Shown: positions 13,075 through 25,329 of the stretch, piece by piece
Position numbering within the stretch: the stretch's first letter is position 1
Layout of the letters: every line of letters starts with the position of its first letter
Origin: Neodothiora populina
Taxonomy: Eukaryota
Assembly (NCBI RefSeq): GCF_041146345.1
Contig: NW_027191411.1
Span: 1,302,001-1,366,000, forward strand
Length of the DNA: 64,000 nt
Reading direction: 5' to 3'
Position numbers and translations under genes: made by a program
Notes under the pieces: generated by a model
Told to the model about the DNA's origin: nothing
Database searches by the model: none
What the model saw: only the letters and a program-made list of their open reading frames with translations

Positions 13075-14479
13075 ATGGCCACTCTCGACGACCGCAGCAG
13101 GGCTCTGGTCCAGAAGGCCTACCCTGAGGCCATTCAGAATGAGGCAGACATGATCTCACTCTCGACATCCATCTTCCCCAAAGCAGAGGTATGAGAGGAG
13201 CAGTCATAGACGACAGATGCACATGAACAGATTCTTACAAGACCAACAGTACAGCAGCGGCGAGAAGAGCGAGATTGAGCAGTGGCTGATCACCTCCTCG
13301 CACCTCGGATCCAGCAGCAGCACCGAGGACGCAGCAAAGACGGCAGAGCGTCTCTCAGCACTCAACACCCACCTCAGCACCCGCACCACCGTCCTCGGCT
13401 CCAAGCCCTCGGTCGCCGACATTGCCATCTACGCTCGTCTGTCGCCTCTTGTCGCCAAGTGGTCCGATGAGCAGCGCACCGGAGAGCAGGGCTACCACCA
13501 CATCGTCCGCCACCTCGACGCGGTCCAGAACTCGCCGCTCTTTGCCCTGAAGCTCGACGACGCCGAGAAGATCCAGATCGACCCGAGCAAGGTGGTCTTC
13601 AGCATCAAGCCCATCGATGCCAAGGCCGAGAAGGAGCGCAAGAAGAAGGAAAAGGAGGCCGCCGCTGCTGCTTCGTCCACCACGGCCGAATCCACGCCTG
13701 TCGTTGCTCAAGCAACGGCAAAGGTCGAAGAGGCTGCGGCCACAGTAAAGAGCACGGGAGACAAAGTCGCCGATGCTGTGGCAGCAGAGACGCCAGGTGC
13801 AGGCAAGAAGACGGAGAAGAAAGAGAAAAAGGCAAAGGCACCCAAGCAGCCCAAGGCACCCGCTGCACCAGAGAAGCCTCTGTCGCCCGCCCTCATCGAT
13901 CTCCGTGTCGGCCACATCCTCAAGGCTATCCAACACCCCAACGCCGACAGTCTCTATGTTTCCACCATTGCCGTCGGCGACCCCGCTGGCACCGACAACA
14001 CCTCGGAATACGAGGGCCAGATCTGCCGTACCGTCTGTTCTGGTCTCAACGGCCTGGTGCCGCTGGAGGAAATGCAAGGCCGCAAGATTGTCGCAGTCTG
14101 CAACCTGAAGCCCGTCACCATGCGTGGCATCAAGTCATGCGCCATGGTTCTTGCCGCATCACCACGTCTGGCCGAGGGAGAGGAGGACAACCACAAGGGC
14201 CCCGTCGAGCTGGTCAACATCCCCGAGGGCGCCCAGGCTGGCGACAGGGTCTACTTTGAAGGCTACAACGACTGCGAGCCCGAGCCTGTGCTGAACCCCA
14301 AGAAGAAGATCTGGGAGACCTTTCAGCCCGGCTTCACCACTACCGACAACCTCGAGGTCGCCTTTGACGGATCCGCCGTGTCGCAGTTGGCCGAGAAGGG
14401 CAAGACTTCGGTCGGAAAGCTGCTGACCAAGGCCGGCGTGTGCACTGTTTCCAACCTCAAGAACGCCACTGTGCGATAA
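13075..14479 (+). CDS. ARC1: tRNA-aminoacylation cofactor Arc1 (GST-like N-domain plus EMAPII/OB tRNA-binding domain)
   Basis: ATG at 13075; intron 13189-13249. GST-like SVADIAIY, Lys-rich linker, IDLRVGHIL..HPNADSLYV, VCNLKPVTMRGIKSCAMVL, LNPKKKIWE. Confidence 0.92.
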
Positions 14480-15184
14480 AGGGATATGCCATATACAAGC
14501 AAACGATAATGAAATGTATGTGTTGAAATCCAGATTGAAAAAACAAACAAATATTTTGCAGTATGGACGGTACGACCTGCTCGATGTACGACCATCTGTG
14601 TTCTGCCATGTCATGTTACCTACTAGTGATGTTGCATAGCAGTAGCGTGGACTCCAGTCCATTGCTTGATATCGCATACGATAGTTTTGGTGTTATCTGA
14701 TATACTGTGATATTCTCGAACTATTATTCATCACCGCGTCTCGTCATTCCGTGGTGGCTGCGAATCGTGAACCTAAAACCCACACTGCAAGAAATGCCAT
14801 CTACTCCGCATCCCCCCACATATTATTGCATCACGTCCATTAGCCTTTCGGTCTTTCATGTTTTTTGTTTTTTTGCTTTGAGCCATTCGTTCTCTAATCG
14901 CGTCTCGACTCGTCTCTCGTGGACCTTTGATGGCTTCGTCTGCAATTACCTAAGAGACGCGGCGCTGCGCTCAACTCAACTCAATCGCTCGACTTTTGGG
15001 AGGGGTTGAAGTATCTATCGCAACGATTTTAAATGCCCACTACGCCGCAGCCCGCTGCCCAGGGTTTTATGTCTTGCATTTCTGATCCAGCAGGACATTC
15101 TAGCCCATCCATGATCTTTTCTTCCTAATCGCGTCGCCTATCCGCTGTTTCACTTGTCTTTCTTGCGTATCAGTGTGTCCATGT

Positions 15185-15217
<33 letters not shown>

Positions 15218-15269
15218 CGCAATCCCACACCTGCCTTTCATTGCCTGCCCTACGTCAACGACCGTGACC

Positions 15270-16572
15270 ATGAGTGAAGACTCGCAGTCCTCCCAGGTAC
15301 GTGAAAAGCCCAGACAGACTGCGTATCTCGTTTCCCTGCTCTCGCGCGTAGCAAGCACCCTCAACAGATCAGCAGTTTGCTCGCAGAGAGAGGGTTCGGA
15401 CTGACTCGCTCGCAACACGGCAGGCGGCGCAAAAGGCCAACCTCGCGCGCATCCGCGACAACCAACGCCGCTCGCGCGCCCGCCGCAAGGAATATCTCCA
15501 GGAACTAGAGACCAAGTACCGCGTGTGCGAGGCCGTGGGCGTCGAGGCGTCGTCGCAGATCCAGGCTGCGGCGCGCAGGGTGCTGGACGAGAACAAGCGG
15601 CTGAGACTGCTGCTCAAGCAACAAGGGCTCTCGGATCGTGATATCGATGGCTGGTCGCCTTCGTCTTCGGTGGGCTCTGAACAGCCGTCCTCCTCGGCGC
15701 GCGAGTTGTTGGAGAATCCACAGTATCCTCGCCCCGAGACGGTCTTGAACGATCTGCTTGCCACGCGACGTCCGTGCAAACCAGGCGGTTGCGGCGGCGG
15801 CGGCGGCGGCGGCGGAGGAGGAGGAGGGGTCGAAGAGGAGCAATCCTCGCGTGGACAGGGTTCCTCCTCATCGAGAAGGTCGTCGACGTTTCGGAATCAG
15901 GAATACCTACTTCAAAACAACCACCGCGCATCCTTCTCAGTCATTCAGCCGCGTCCAGTACAGGATGCTGTTCAAGCCTCCGACAGTCTACTACAACCCA
16001 ATGGGAGAAGCCCCCAGCAACAGCAAGAAACGGAAACCATGATCGTCGTCGAGGACCAATCGAGGCCGTCCCCTCTTCCCCATCACTTAATACAGCAACA
16101 GCAGCAACAGCAGCACTCGACGCCTCAAATCCACGACTACGGCGAACTCTACACCTCCTCCCCAGCGCACTGGAGCTACGTCTTCCCCATCATGCACATG
16201 AGCAACGACGCGCCCCCCCACCACCCCACGCAATGGACGACAATGACAATACCAACAACAGACATACCCCCGGACGCCCAACAACCGTACATGGCCCTCG
16301 ACGGCCCCTCGTCAACAAGCATGCCCGACTCTCCACCACAACCATCATCCTCCTCGTGCTTCGTCGCAGCAGGCGCGATACGCACATATAGCTCGAACGC
16401 AGGCCCGGAACTCGAGCGTGCGCTCGGATGCAGTGCGGATGGCGCTGATTGTCAGGTCAGTAATTCTGTTGTGTTTGAGCTTATGGATCGGTATGCTTCC
16501 GCTGCTTCTGTTTCTGCCTGCGCTAGTGGTTGTGGAGGCGGAGGAGGAGGAGGAGGAGGAGGAGGAGGCTGA
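15270..16572 (+). CDS. bZIP transcription factor (fungal family with a C-terminal Cys motif)
   Basis: Exon 1 is MSEDSQSSQ; intron 15297-15423. Basic region NLARIRDNQRRSRARRKEYLQELE, then a leucine-zipper-like segment. C-terminal CFVAA..LGC..DCQVSNSVVFELMDRY. Poly-Gly and poly-Gln tracts. Confidence 0.88.
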
Positions 16573-17267
16573 GACCTGGGGCGCAAGGGATGTAATATAT
16601 GTTTATGCGATTATGATGATGGGGTGGGGGAGGGGCAAAAGGGGCTTCCATGAAAGTCATAACCGCCGATTCATGGGAGTTCATAATCATGCACTCGAGA
16701 AGCGAAAGGGGGGGGGGCGAAGTTCTCAATTGTCGGTCGGTTCATGATGATGAAGATTAGATGATACGGATCGAAAATATGGAACAAATGTGACAGTCAA
16801 GGGGGGGGGGATATATTGACTTGCGACATGCACTCATCACGAGAGATGAATGAACCCCAAGTCTCGATTTATTATTATTATATGAAATACTACACTAGGG
16901 AAGAACGAAAAAAGTTACAGATAACATCATATTCATTAGATTGGAAAACCCCTCAACCCACAGCCAGATCATTCATGTCACCTCGCAACCTCGAGAGAAA
17001 CGAACGAGACAATCGCGAAAAACCTCTCTAGATATATGCATCCCTCTACTTTCCGAGTCCTGTCCGATCTCCTTTTCTACTAGCCGAATAAAGCCTTCGG
17101 TTCTCCAATCATTGCTTTGGTTCTGACGTTCCTCCCCATCTGTCTCTTCCTCTCTCACTCTCCCGAGGAAACCCCCTCACTCCACAGAAAAGAAAAAGAA
17201 AAGGGAAGAAGGAAAAGGCAAAAGACGAAAGAAGAAAAACAAACACGCACAACGAATCCTTCTCTTC

Positions 17268-17940
17268 TCACTGATACCATTCTTGTTCGTCATAAGTCGT
17301 CATGGAATCGAATGCCGTGGCCGCGGCGACGGGGTTACTCAATATCGAATTCCCGTATGCCACGCCCGCCCCAGCGCCAGAACTTCCCGCCGTCGCCGTG
17401 GCGGGTCCAATGCCTTTACCATGCTGCTGTTGTCCCCCTGCTCCAATAGAATACGAAACAATCGGCTGACTCGCAGCAGCAGCAGTCGGGGGATTCCCGC
17501 TATTGATCGGACTCTGGCCCAAGCCCGCGGCGCCGAGGTCGAACCCGCCCCAGTTCTCAAAGTCATTCGCGAGCTGCGCTTGGTCCTGGAAGACCCAGTC
17601 TTGGCCGTCGCGCAGCAGCTGCTCGACGCCGCCGAACATGTCTGAGGGACTAGCTCCTGCGGTCGTCAGGCCGTCTGTGATGGGTTTTTGGTGGCTGGCG
17701 CTGTACATGGACATGGGCGTCGTTTGCGCTGATGGGTAGGAGTGCGGTTGGAGCTCGGTGGCTGATTGTGGCGGGGGTGCGAATACGGGGCTGGAATGCG
17801 CTGCGTATGCCGCTTGGGGGACCCTGTAGGTTGATGGCTGGGCATGTATGGTTGGATGCGTGGCTTGTTTTGGTTGCATTTGTTGCTGCAGCCACGCTTG
17901 TTGCTGTTGTTGATGCTGTTGCTGTTGCTGCTGCTGCTGC

Positions 17941-17995
<55 letters not shown>

Positions 17996-20524
17996 GATGC
18001 TGCTGCTGCTGCTGCTGCATCATATTCGCCCTTGCCTGGTCCAACAAAAGTGCCGAAACCCGTCGATTCTGATTCAGAGTTGGGCTAGCTGCGTCGACGG
18101 CCGAGTATGGCCCAAATTTGGCTTCTGTCCTTGCAAGGAGCGCTGCTGCTTCCTCTGGGAGCTCAATGTCCCACTTCTTTGCAGTCAGTGCGAGCACCGC
18201 CAATGTGCGGCGAGCGCCTAGCCAGCCTTCCGCGATTTCTTCAAGGTGCTTCACGCCATGGACGATATCTCTTCTTGCATTCTTGTCCGGCAGATTCAAT
18301 AAGTGGATTGTGCAGGCGGAATGCATAATGTAAACACAGATATTGCATATTTGTCGTAGTCCGTGAGAACGCTTGTAAAGGCGCATGAGCTTGGATATCA
18401 TGGCTGCAGCTTGCGTGCAAAGTCGACGTGGGCTGACGTTCTGTGGCAGGGGCGACGTCTGCTGATTATACTTGAGGAAAGGTCTGAAAAGATGGATGAA
18501 GAGAAGTTGGAAAAACATGCTGAGCGCAGGCGTTAGCAAGCAAAACGCACCAAATCACCTTTTGCTACTGGAAAGTAGACTTACTGCATCGTGAGGATGC
18601 TACTCAAACAGCCCTCTCTTGGCTCCATTTCCGGCGGAAGCTCCCTTCTCCAACTTTCTAGCCGAGTGTGAACCTCGCTGAGCATTTTCAATTCGGCCTG
18701 TTTCCCTCTCGGTTTGTCCATATTACTCGGGTTATAGAACAATCGCATCAGATCATTGCTGATTTCACAAAGTGAGGAGATTCGCAAGGCTACCGCCCTC
18801 GTTCGTGCAGGTTGTGCGCGCGCCTGCATGAAGCCAGAGTCGGTATAGGGTATCCAAGAGGCACTGTCTTCATCGGGAAAGACGTCGAATTTAGAGACCG
18901 TGATCAAGGAAGTGGGCAGTTGCGGCAGGCGGCCCAGGTAATTCGACCAACATTTGTCAAACAGAAAGCACCCCCAGAAGGTTATGCGCCGCGCATCCTC
19001 TTCAGCTTCATCAATGCTACGATCGTTGCCTGTCGCAAGACCGCCGGCGAGGCCACCAGAATCCAGGTTCAGGCCCAAGTCGCACGCCATGCGAAAGCTC
19101 ATGCCAGAGTATACCCATCCCTTCGCCTCGCGGCCACATCCTGCTTCACGCACACTCATCAAGGCGAGTGCCTGGACAGTCGTTATCTTGGGTTTCTCGT
19201 GTTCGTCGTTTTCCATTATCAGTCGCTTGGCTTCCCTGAAAAAGTGATCGCCAGCAGTCGCGCTGTCTTCCGGATTTGCGCGCGCAGCCGGGAAACTCGT
19301 GAAATGACACCCCAGAGCAAGAATGGCGTTTACCAGTAGCGGCGTACAGTACTCCGTCTTTCGGCGGGTGTCAGCAGGCGGCTTGCCCAACATAAAGTCT
19401 CGATAGAAAAGAGACTTGGGAAGACAGGTGAAGTAGGTATAGTGCCAGGTAAAGTACATGTTCAGCAGGTGCATTACCAGATCCGGGTCAGACGTGACAT
19501 TAGTCCAAGAGGTTAACGGGTTCTCTTGCTGTTGATATGGATCGATGTTGGAGGAGGAAGACGCCGCTTCATCTTGCGACAGGAAGATCAGATTCGAAGT
19601 GCCGCCAATGTAGCGTACGGAGCCATCGTCGAGACGCAGTTCTCCGACTTTGGTAGACAACTGCTTCTCGAACGCCGGTGTAGGATATTGTTGGGGCACT
19701 GAAGTGCTACGTGAATCAATGCTTCCATCCTTCTCCTCCACGTCCTGGCCGCTTTCCTTGGCTAGAATGCGTTCAGCAACAAGATCCAAACTCTCACAAG
19801 AACGAATCTCGCGGACAAGTTCAGGCACATCTTCTTCGGGGTAGTTCAGAATGGCGTGTACAAGGGTTTGTAAGGTCGTGCTCCGCGTCTTTACATTCTC
19901 GACATCCTTACGATAAACGCCCTTGCGTCGATGATCCGAGTTTGGGTCGTATATACATTCGGTCCCGTACACCTGAGAACATGCGGCGCATGCGGGAGTG
20001 TTGCCGTCACATTTGCTCTTGCGTTTTCTGTAAGTTGGCGCAACTGGTCAGCCTTCTGAAGTGGAATCGCATTGACTATTAGTACGCTTATGACGCAAGT
20101 TTACATAAACAAATGCTCTCTTGTACCTTGATCTTTTTGGCAACAAAAGAGAGATACAAGAAATGAATAAGACCAACACAAGTATCGACAGCTGTGTGGT
20201 AAATAAAGCATGAGAGGGGCATTTTGATATTGCAAAGACAGCGCAGACATGATTTCATCGCACGAGTGAGGCTCACCGACATGCAACACAAGCAGTGCTG
20301 ACGCATCTCCGTTTCAGAGCGTCCTCTGCACTGCTGTCGCCTCTGCGTCGATTTCTCGCGCGACCTTTTCCCGACGATGGCTTTTCCTGAGGCGCTGGTT
20401 TTGAGGGCGGCGCAGTGGGGCTACTAGCTGCTACAGCATTATGATTGTCCTGGTCACGTTGCTGCTGTTGTTGACCGACTATGGACGGCGATGATGCTGC
20501 GCCCACAGGTAGCTGCTGCTCCAT
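17268..20524 (-). CDS. nirA: Nitrate-assimilation Zn(II)2Cys6 transcription factor NirA/NIT4
   Basis: KRRCVSTACVACRKRKSKCDGNTPACAACSQVYGTECIYDPNSDHRRKGVY (intron 20276-20028), followed by the fungal TF middle-homology region (SVREAGCGREAKGWVYSGMSFRMACDLGL). A second intron lies near 18.53-18.58 kb. C-terminal polyQ. Confidence 0.9.
17898..18017 (-). repeat. CAA/CAG microsatellite encoding Q6-H-Q27-H-Q5 in NirA
   Basis: Directly visible (TTG)n/(CTG)n on the + strand. Confidence 0.95.
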
Positions 20525-21265
20525 GAGTGGCTCGCAGCGGAGGTTTACCTCAGCATCAAGCTACACCTCTTCCCAGAATGAATCACAACGCGCGCGTGGG
20601 TTTCGAGGTTCCACTCGCTATTCCGTGGAGATGCTAAATGCGGGAGTCACAGCGACTTGGTGGGGTTTGAGTCGAAGATCTTGTATTCTGTCCTCGTGCA
20701 CGCAAAACCGCGTGCGGTGACTTTGAGGCTGAACAATCAGGATGGAGTCTTTCCTTCTCTTGCTCAAGAAACAGTTAAGAATCAGCGTCAATGCGATAGC
20801 GATACCGCATCGCTCCAATGGCCTCCCAACGTGCGCCCCAAGGTGTCGTCTTGGTTTTCGGCATGTGGCAAGGCCATGGTCCTATCGCCATTATCTCCGG
20901 CGCTCAGCTGCCTTTTCGGACCAATGAGGGTGCGACAGTGCCCTTCTTTGGTCAGCATAATCGGGAGGGATTGCCTTGATACACAGCTAGGCGTGGGGTA
21001 CGGTAATCATACAGATGAAAGCCTTCAGTACGTCTCAATGTCCATGCTGCCATGTTACAGTAAATCAGACAAGTTATCGAATACGACCGTTCATTCCATC
21101 TTGTGCAATTATGTGATAGTTGGATGCATGTGCTCAACGTTAGAAAAATTTATTGTATCTATAAGTCAGACCTGAAGAACCAGCAACCTAGACAGTCACT
21201 GTGCTTGATCCATATTAAACAACTTCCGTTTCCTGCATATCTAGCGCTCTCGACTTTCTGGCCGT

Positions 21266-22742
21266 TCAAGCCTTGTCCGCCATACCCAGGAGACCCTCCT
21301 TGCCATGGAATACGACGAACTGCTGCTGGAGTAGCACATCGCCGTAAATCTGCAGACCACTTCCTCCATTGCTTTGGATGCCACCAAAGCATGTATCCTG
21401 GCTTACTTGTGCGTATGTGAGCTCAGCGCCGGTAAGCTTGGCCATGTACTCGTCTCCGATACTGACGGCGAAGTCTGGGAGCTTTGCGCTGCAAGGGTAG
21501 GTGTAGCCACCGACGCTGTCGTCCTCGAAGGCGCCATCAACCTGGCTGTAGAAGTCCTCGACCACGGCAGGATCCAAGAGAAGAAGCGAAGTACCAGTGT
21601 CAGCAATTGCAGGCGAACCGTTGGATCTGGTCTTGACGGTTCCGCCGATGCTGTACTTGGGACTGTCAAATTGCCAGTAGCCCGAGCTAGTGTCGATGGC
21701 GGTGAAAACAATTTCACCTGTGTACTTGGACGAATCAATCACACCAAACTCGTAGGTGCCACTCCCATCCGCATCAAGGTCGACTGTGAAAAGAGGCTGC
21801 TCGAGTTCATCCATGATGTTGGTAAAGAATGTGTTTTGCGGGTTTGGCTTGACCGAGTTGATGCTGGGAAAGGCCAGGCCGACAAGTCCATCAGAGTCAG
21901 CGTCGTCCACAAAGGCCTGGCTGACACTGGTCGCTAGCTCAATGGCTTGCTTCTGCACGGTGGCACCACCAATGTCGACCGTGTCGTAGCCAACGTTACC
22001 CTTGGCACCACTACCGTCGCCATAGGAGATGGAAAAACTGGCACCGGTGTAATTGCTGAAGCTGGAGCTCTTGGAAGGGTCATAGACGGAATGCTCGCCA
22101 ATCTCGGCTTTGCTGAGATAAGAACTAAAGACCCAACTGTGATACGCATATTAGTTCCATCAGATCAATCAGTCATGCTTGGATAAATCTTACAGATCTG
22201 CAGAGCCCGTGTCAAAGTTTAGGTTCATTTCCTGGCCGCCAACAGTGACCTACACCACGTTAATGTGCGTGATCAAAATCTGGTAGATCGCAATCACTAA
22301 CCTTGGAAAGATATTCCGCGCCATCATCAGCAGGGGTGGCCGCAACCTCGCCAGACTCCTTGCTGTCAGAGGCCGTGCTTGTGCTCGTGCTGGTCGGAGA
22401 GGCAGATGGAGTGACAGCTCTGACAAAGTTCGCGAGTGCACTGGTCCAATCGTTCCCAAAGTAGGAGTGGGAGTGGGAGCCAGACACTGGAGTCTTCTCC
22501 CAAGAAGCTACACTGCCTGGATTGGCACCGGAGCTCGCACCTCTACTGGTGCTGGAAGGCGCAGACATCTGCCATCCGAACTTCCGGTACGCCCGGCGCA
22601 TGGCCCTTGTGGGGTTGCGTACATAGTCCGCCTTCTTGTTCCTTGGGATAGTGAAAGATGTGCGAACATCAAATGTTCCCTCCGGAGTTGGTGCGGCCAG
22701 CGCAGTGGAAGCCAGAAGGGCTAGAGCGATTATTTGCTGCAT
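21266..22742 (-). CDS. Secreted aspartic endopeptidase (A1, aspergillopepsin/penicillopepsin-like)
   Basis: Signal peptide MQQIIALALLASTALAAP. Catalytic motifs FDTGSADL and IADTGT, plus IYGDV. Two short introns at about 22.14-22.30 kb. Confidence 0.93.
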
Positions 22743-24038
22743 GCTGTGCTCTGTAGGTCTAGAACGGGCGCAAAAAGGGTAAGAGAGTGTGTGCGATGAT
22801 TAGGATCTATATGAATGAAGTAGTGCAGACCGATTCCAGCAGTCTGAGTTGGAAACGATTCTGACGATCCTATTAAGAAAGCAATGTATGATAAGGAGAG
22901 TGTTCAGCAAAAACGAGATGACGAGGAAATCAAAAACACAAAGAGCGCGCGTCGACCTCTGAAATGACCTACGATATGTATTATTTGACCGGGCGAAGCG
23001 GACTTTTGTACATTTCACAGACCTCTGACGGCGGAGACCTCAGCACCATTCACATATAGTTTGAACTGTCTTAGGAGATGCAGCCGGGCTTGGTAACCAG
23101 GCGCACAGGCACGGTATCCTACGCTGTCGGACCAGGGTGAAACTCATCTTGTCACCAATGGTACAGGTAGTGTACTCAGTTGGCGAGCGACCGCCCCATT
23201 CTCGTCCACGGAATTTGCACAACACACATGGCGGGCCCACTCAAGCTCGTTTCACAGATCCATATATACGTACAAAAACACAGCTCCCAAGAGATAACGA
23301 GCCACTCTGCCAAGTGGGTGGGTATGCCCTTGTAGACGCCAATCGCAACTCGGTTTGTTAATTTGTAGATGAGACTTCAGACACCGTGCAGCACTGCGCG
23401 CTTGACAATCCATGGCCGGAACGGGATTTAGTGTCCATCACTCTTGGTCCTGGCTGGCGGAATGGAGGAGAAAAGGGATGGTATCTGAAACAATGGCGTA
23501 TGGCCCATGTTCAGGGAGGACTTCTTGTCAGGGGGTAAAGTCGATGTTTCCGATGTTGACGCCAAGGCCTCGCTTGTTAGCCTTGTCGAAACTACTATAC
23601 TTGTACAAGTACATTGTTCACATGGGGCAGGTCCATTTGCTGGGCAATGCTATTCTGAACTCGCTTCGTTTTGTAAGCTACCGTAAACAGCATGAGTACA
23701 TTTAGGTAAGTATCAAAAGAGGGCTGGTCGACGGGATGGATCTAAGTTTGCTGCTCACGGAATGGAGGCGGCTTGATGCATCTGAGGTTATACTGCCCCA
23801 AGTATCGATTAATCTGACACGGCAGGTTCCACTCCCAGGCAAAACTACAGCATCCGCTGCGGTCGGCGCAGGATCGCGAGACTAAAGTGGGCTTATAGTG
23901 CAGGTTCTCTGAAAGCTTTTGTAGAAGATTTAAGAAAATTTCATTGACGTATCCTCGTCCGCATGCTCTAATTGTACCAAACCCGATTATCATGTTGTTC
24001 GCTCCAAGTGTGCCCCCCAATTATGTTTCTCTAGTCGT

Positions 24039-25329
24039 CTATCTGCTGGTGTCGACGACGTAACGACCAATGATCTTGTTGGCCGCCATGAGATCGTAGA
24101 CGCTTTGTAGTTCTGAAAGACCCACGGTCTTGAATGGTACGTGGATAAGGCCACGGCGATAGAAGTCAACAGCCTCGCTTGTATCCTTTCTGCCTCCAAC
24201 GTCTGTTTGGGGATTGCGTTAGTGGATATGATCGCTAAGTGGTCGAGCGAAGAATGGAAAAGCACTTACATGAGCCCTTGATGTTGATCATTCTGACGAC
24301 AGTCTCGAAGACGGGAGCGCGGAGGAATGCGCCGGCTGCGTACAGTCAGTAAGTTGGTCACAAATGATGCTTTCGAAGTTGGTGTTACGTACCAGGCATG
24401 CCGATACAAACGACGGTACCTCTTGGGCGAACGTATGCGGCAGCTTGCTCGAAAGGCTTCTCGCTCACTGCGAGGAGGAGAACGGCGTGTGGGCCAAGGC
24501 CATCTTCTGTGGCAGCGCGAACATCTGCGACGACATCCTTGCTGGTTGTGAAGTCGATGTATGCATACGAGCCGAGCTCTTCCAGACAGATCTTTCCCTT
24601 CTCTGCACCACCGTCGATGGCAATAGTGCGCAGACCCATGGCCTTGGCGTACTGCTGTGCAACGGAACCAAGACCACCGCCAGCACCAACAATGGCGACG
24701 GTCTGTCCAGGACGTGCACCTGACTCCTTGAGACCCCTGCAGTAGTGGTTAGCACAAGTCTGGGAGTTTGCGCCTGAGAATACTTACTTGTAGACTGTGA
24801 TACCGGCGCAGAGAATAGGAGTGACACCATCGAGAGGAATGTCCTTGGCAAGACGAGCTACGTGAGCTGCCTTTGCGATGGCATATTGCTGGAAAGAACC
24901 ATCCACGGTGTAACCAGACAGGGCAGCCTTAGCGCACAGAGACTCGTCTGCTTGCTCGCAGTACGAGCAGTTGAGGCAACTGCCGTTGAGCCACTAATAA
25001 AGTGTCAGGAAGAATGCTACTGAGTGCAACATCAGAAGGTCTCTTACCTTGATACCAGCATGGTCACCAATCTGGATTTCTGTGACCAGATCGCCCTTGG
25101 CTACAACAACACCAGCACCCTCGTGTCCTCCGATAAGAGGGAGCTTCCTCTCAAGAGGCCAATCACCGTTCAATGCGTGCAAATCAGTGTGGCACACACC
25201 GGAGTACTTGACATTGATAAGAACCTCATCGGGGCCAGGCTTTTGGACGGGGATTTGCTTGTAGGTGTTTTGCTCTCCAGCCCTCTCAATGACCTGAGCC
25301 CATTGCGTCTCAGGGATTTCGTACGACAT
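24039..25329 (-). CDS. adh1: Zn-dependent alcohol dehydrogenase (ADH1/AlcC-like)
   Basis: [18 protein letters not shown], structural-Zn cysteines ([20 protein letters not shown]), GAGGGLG; ends GRYVVDTSR. About 4 introns. Confidence 0.93.
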
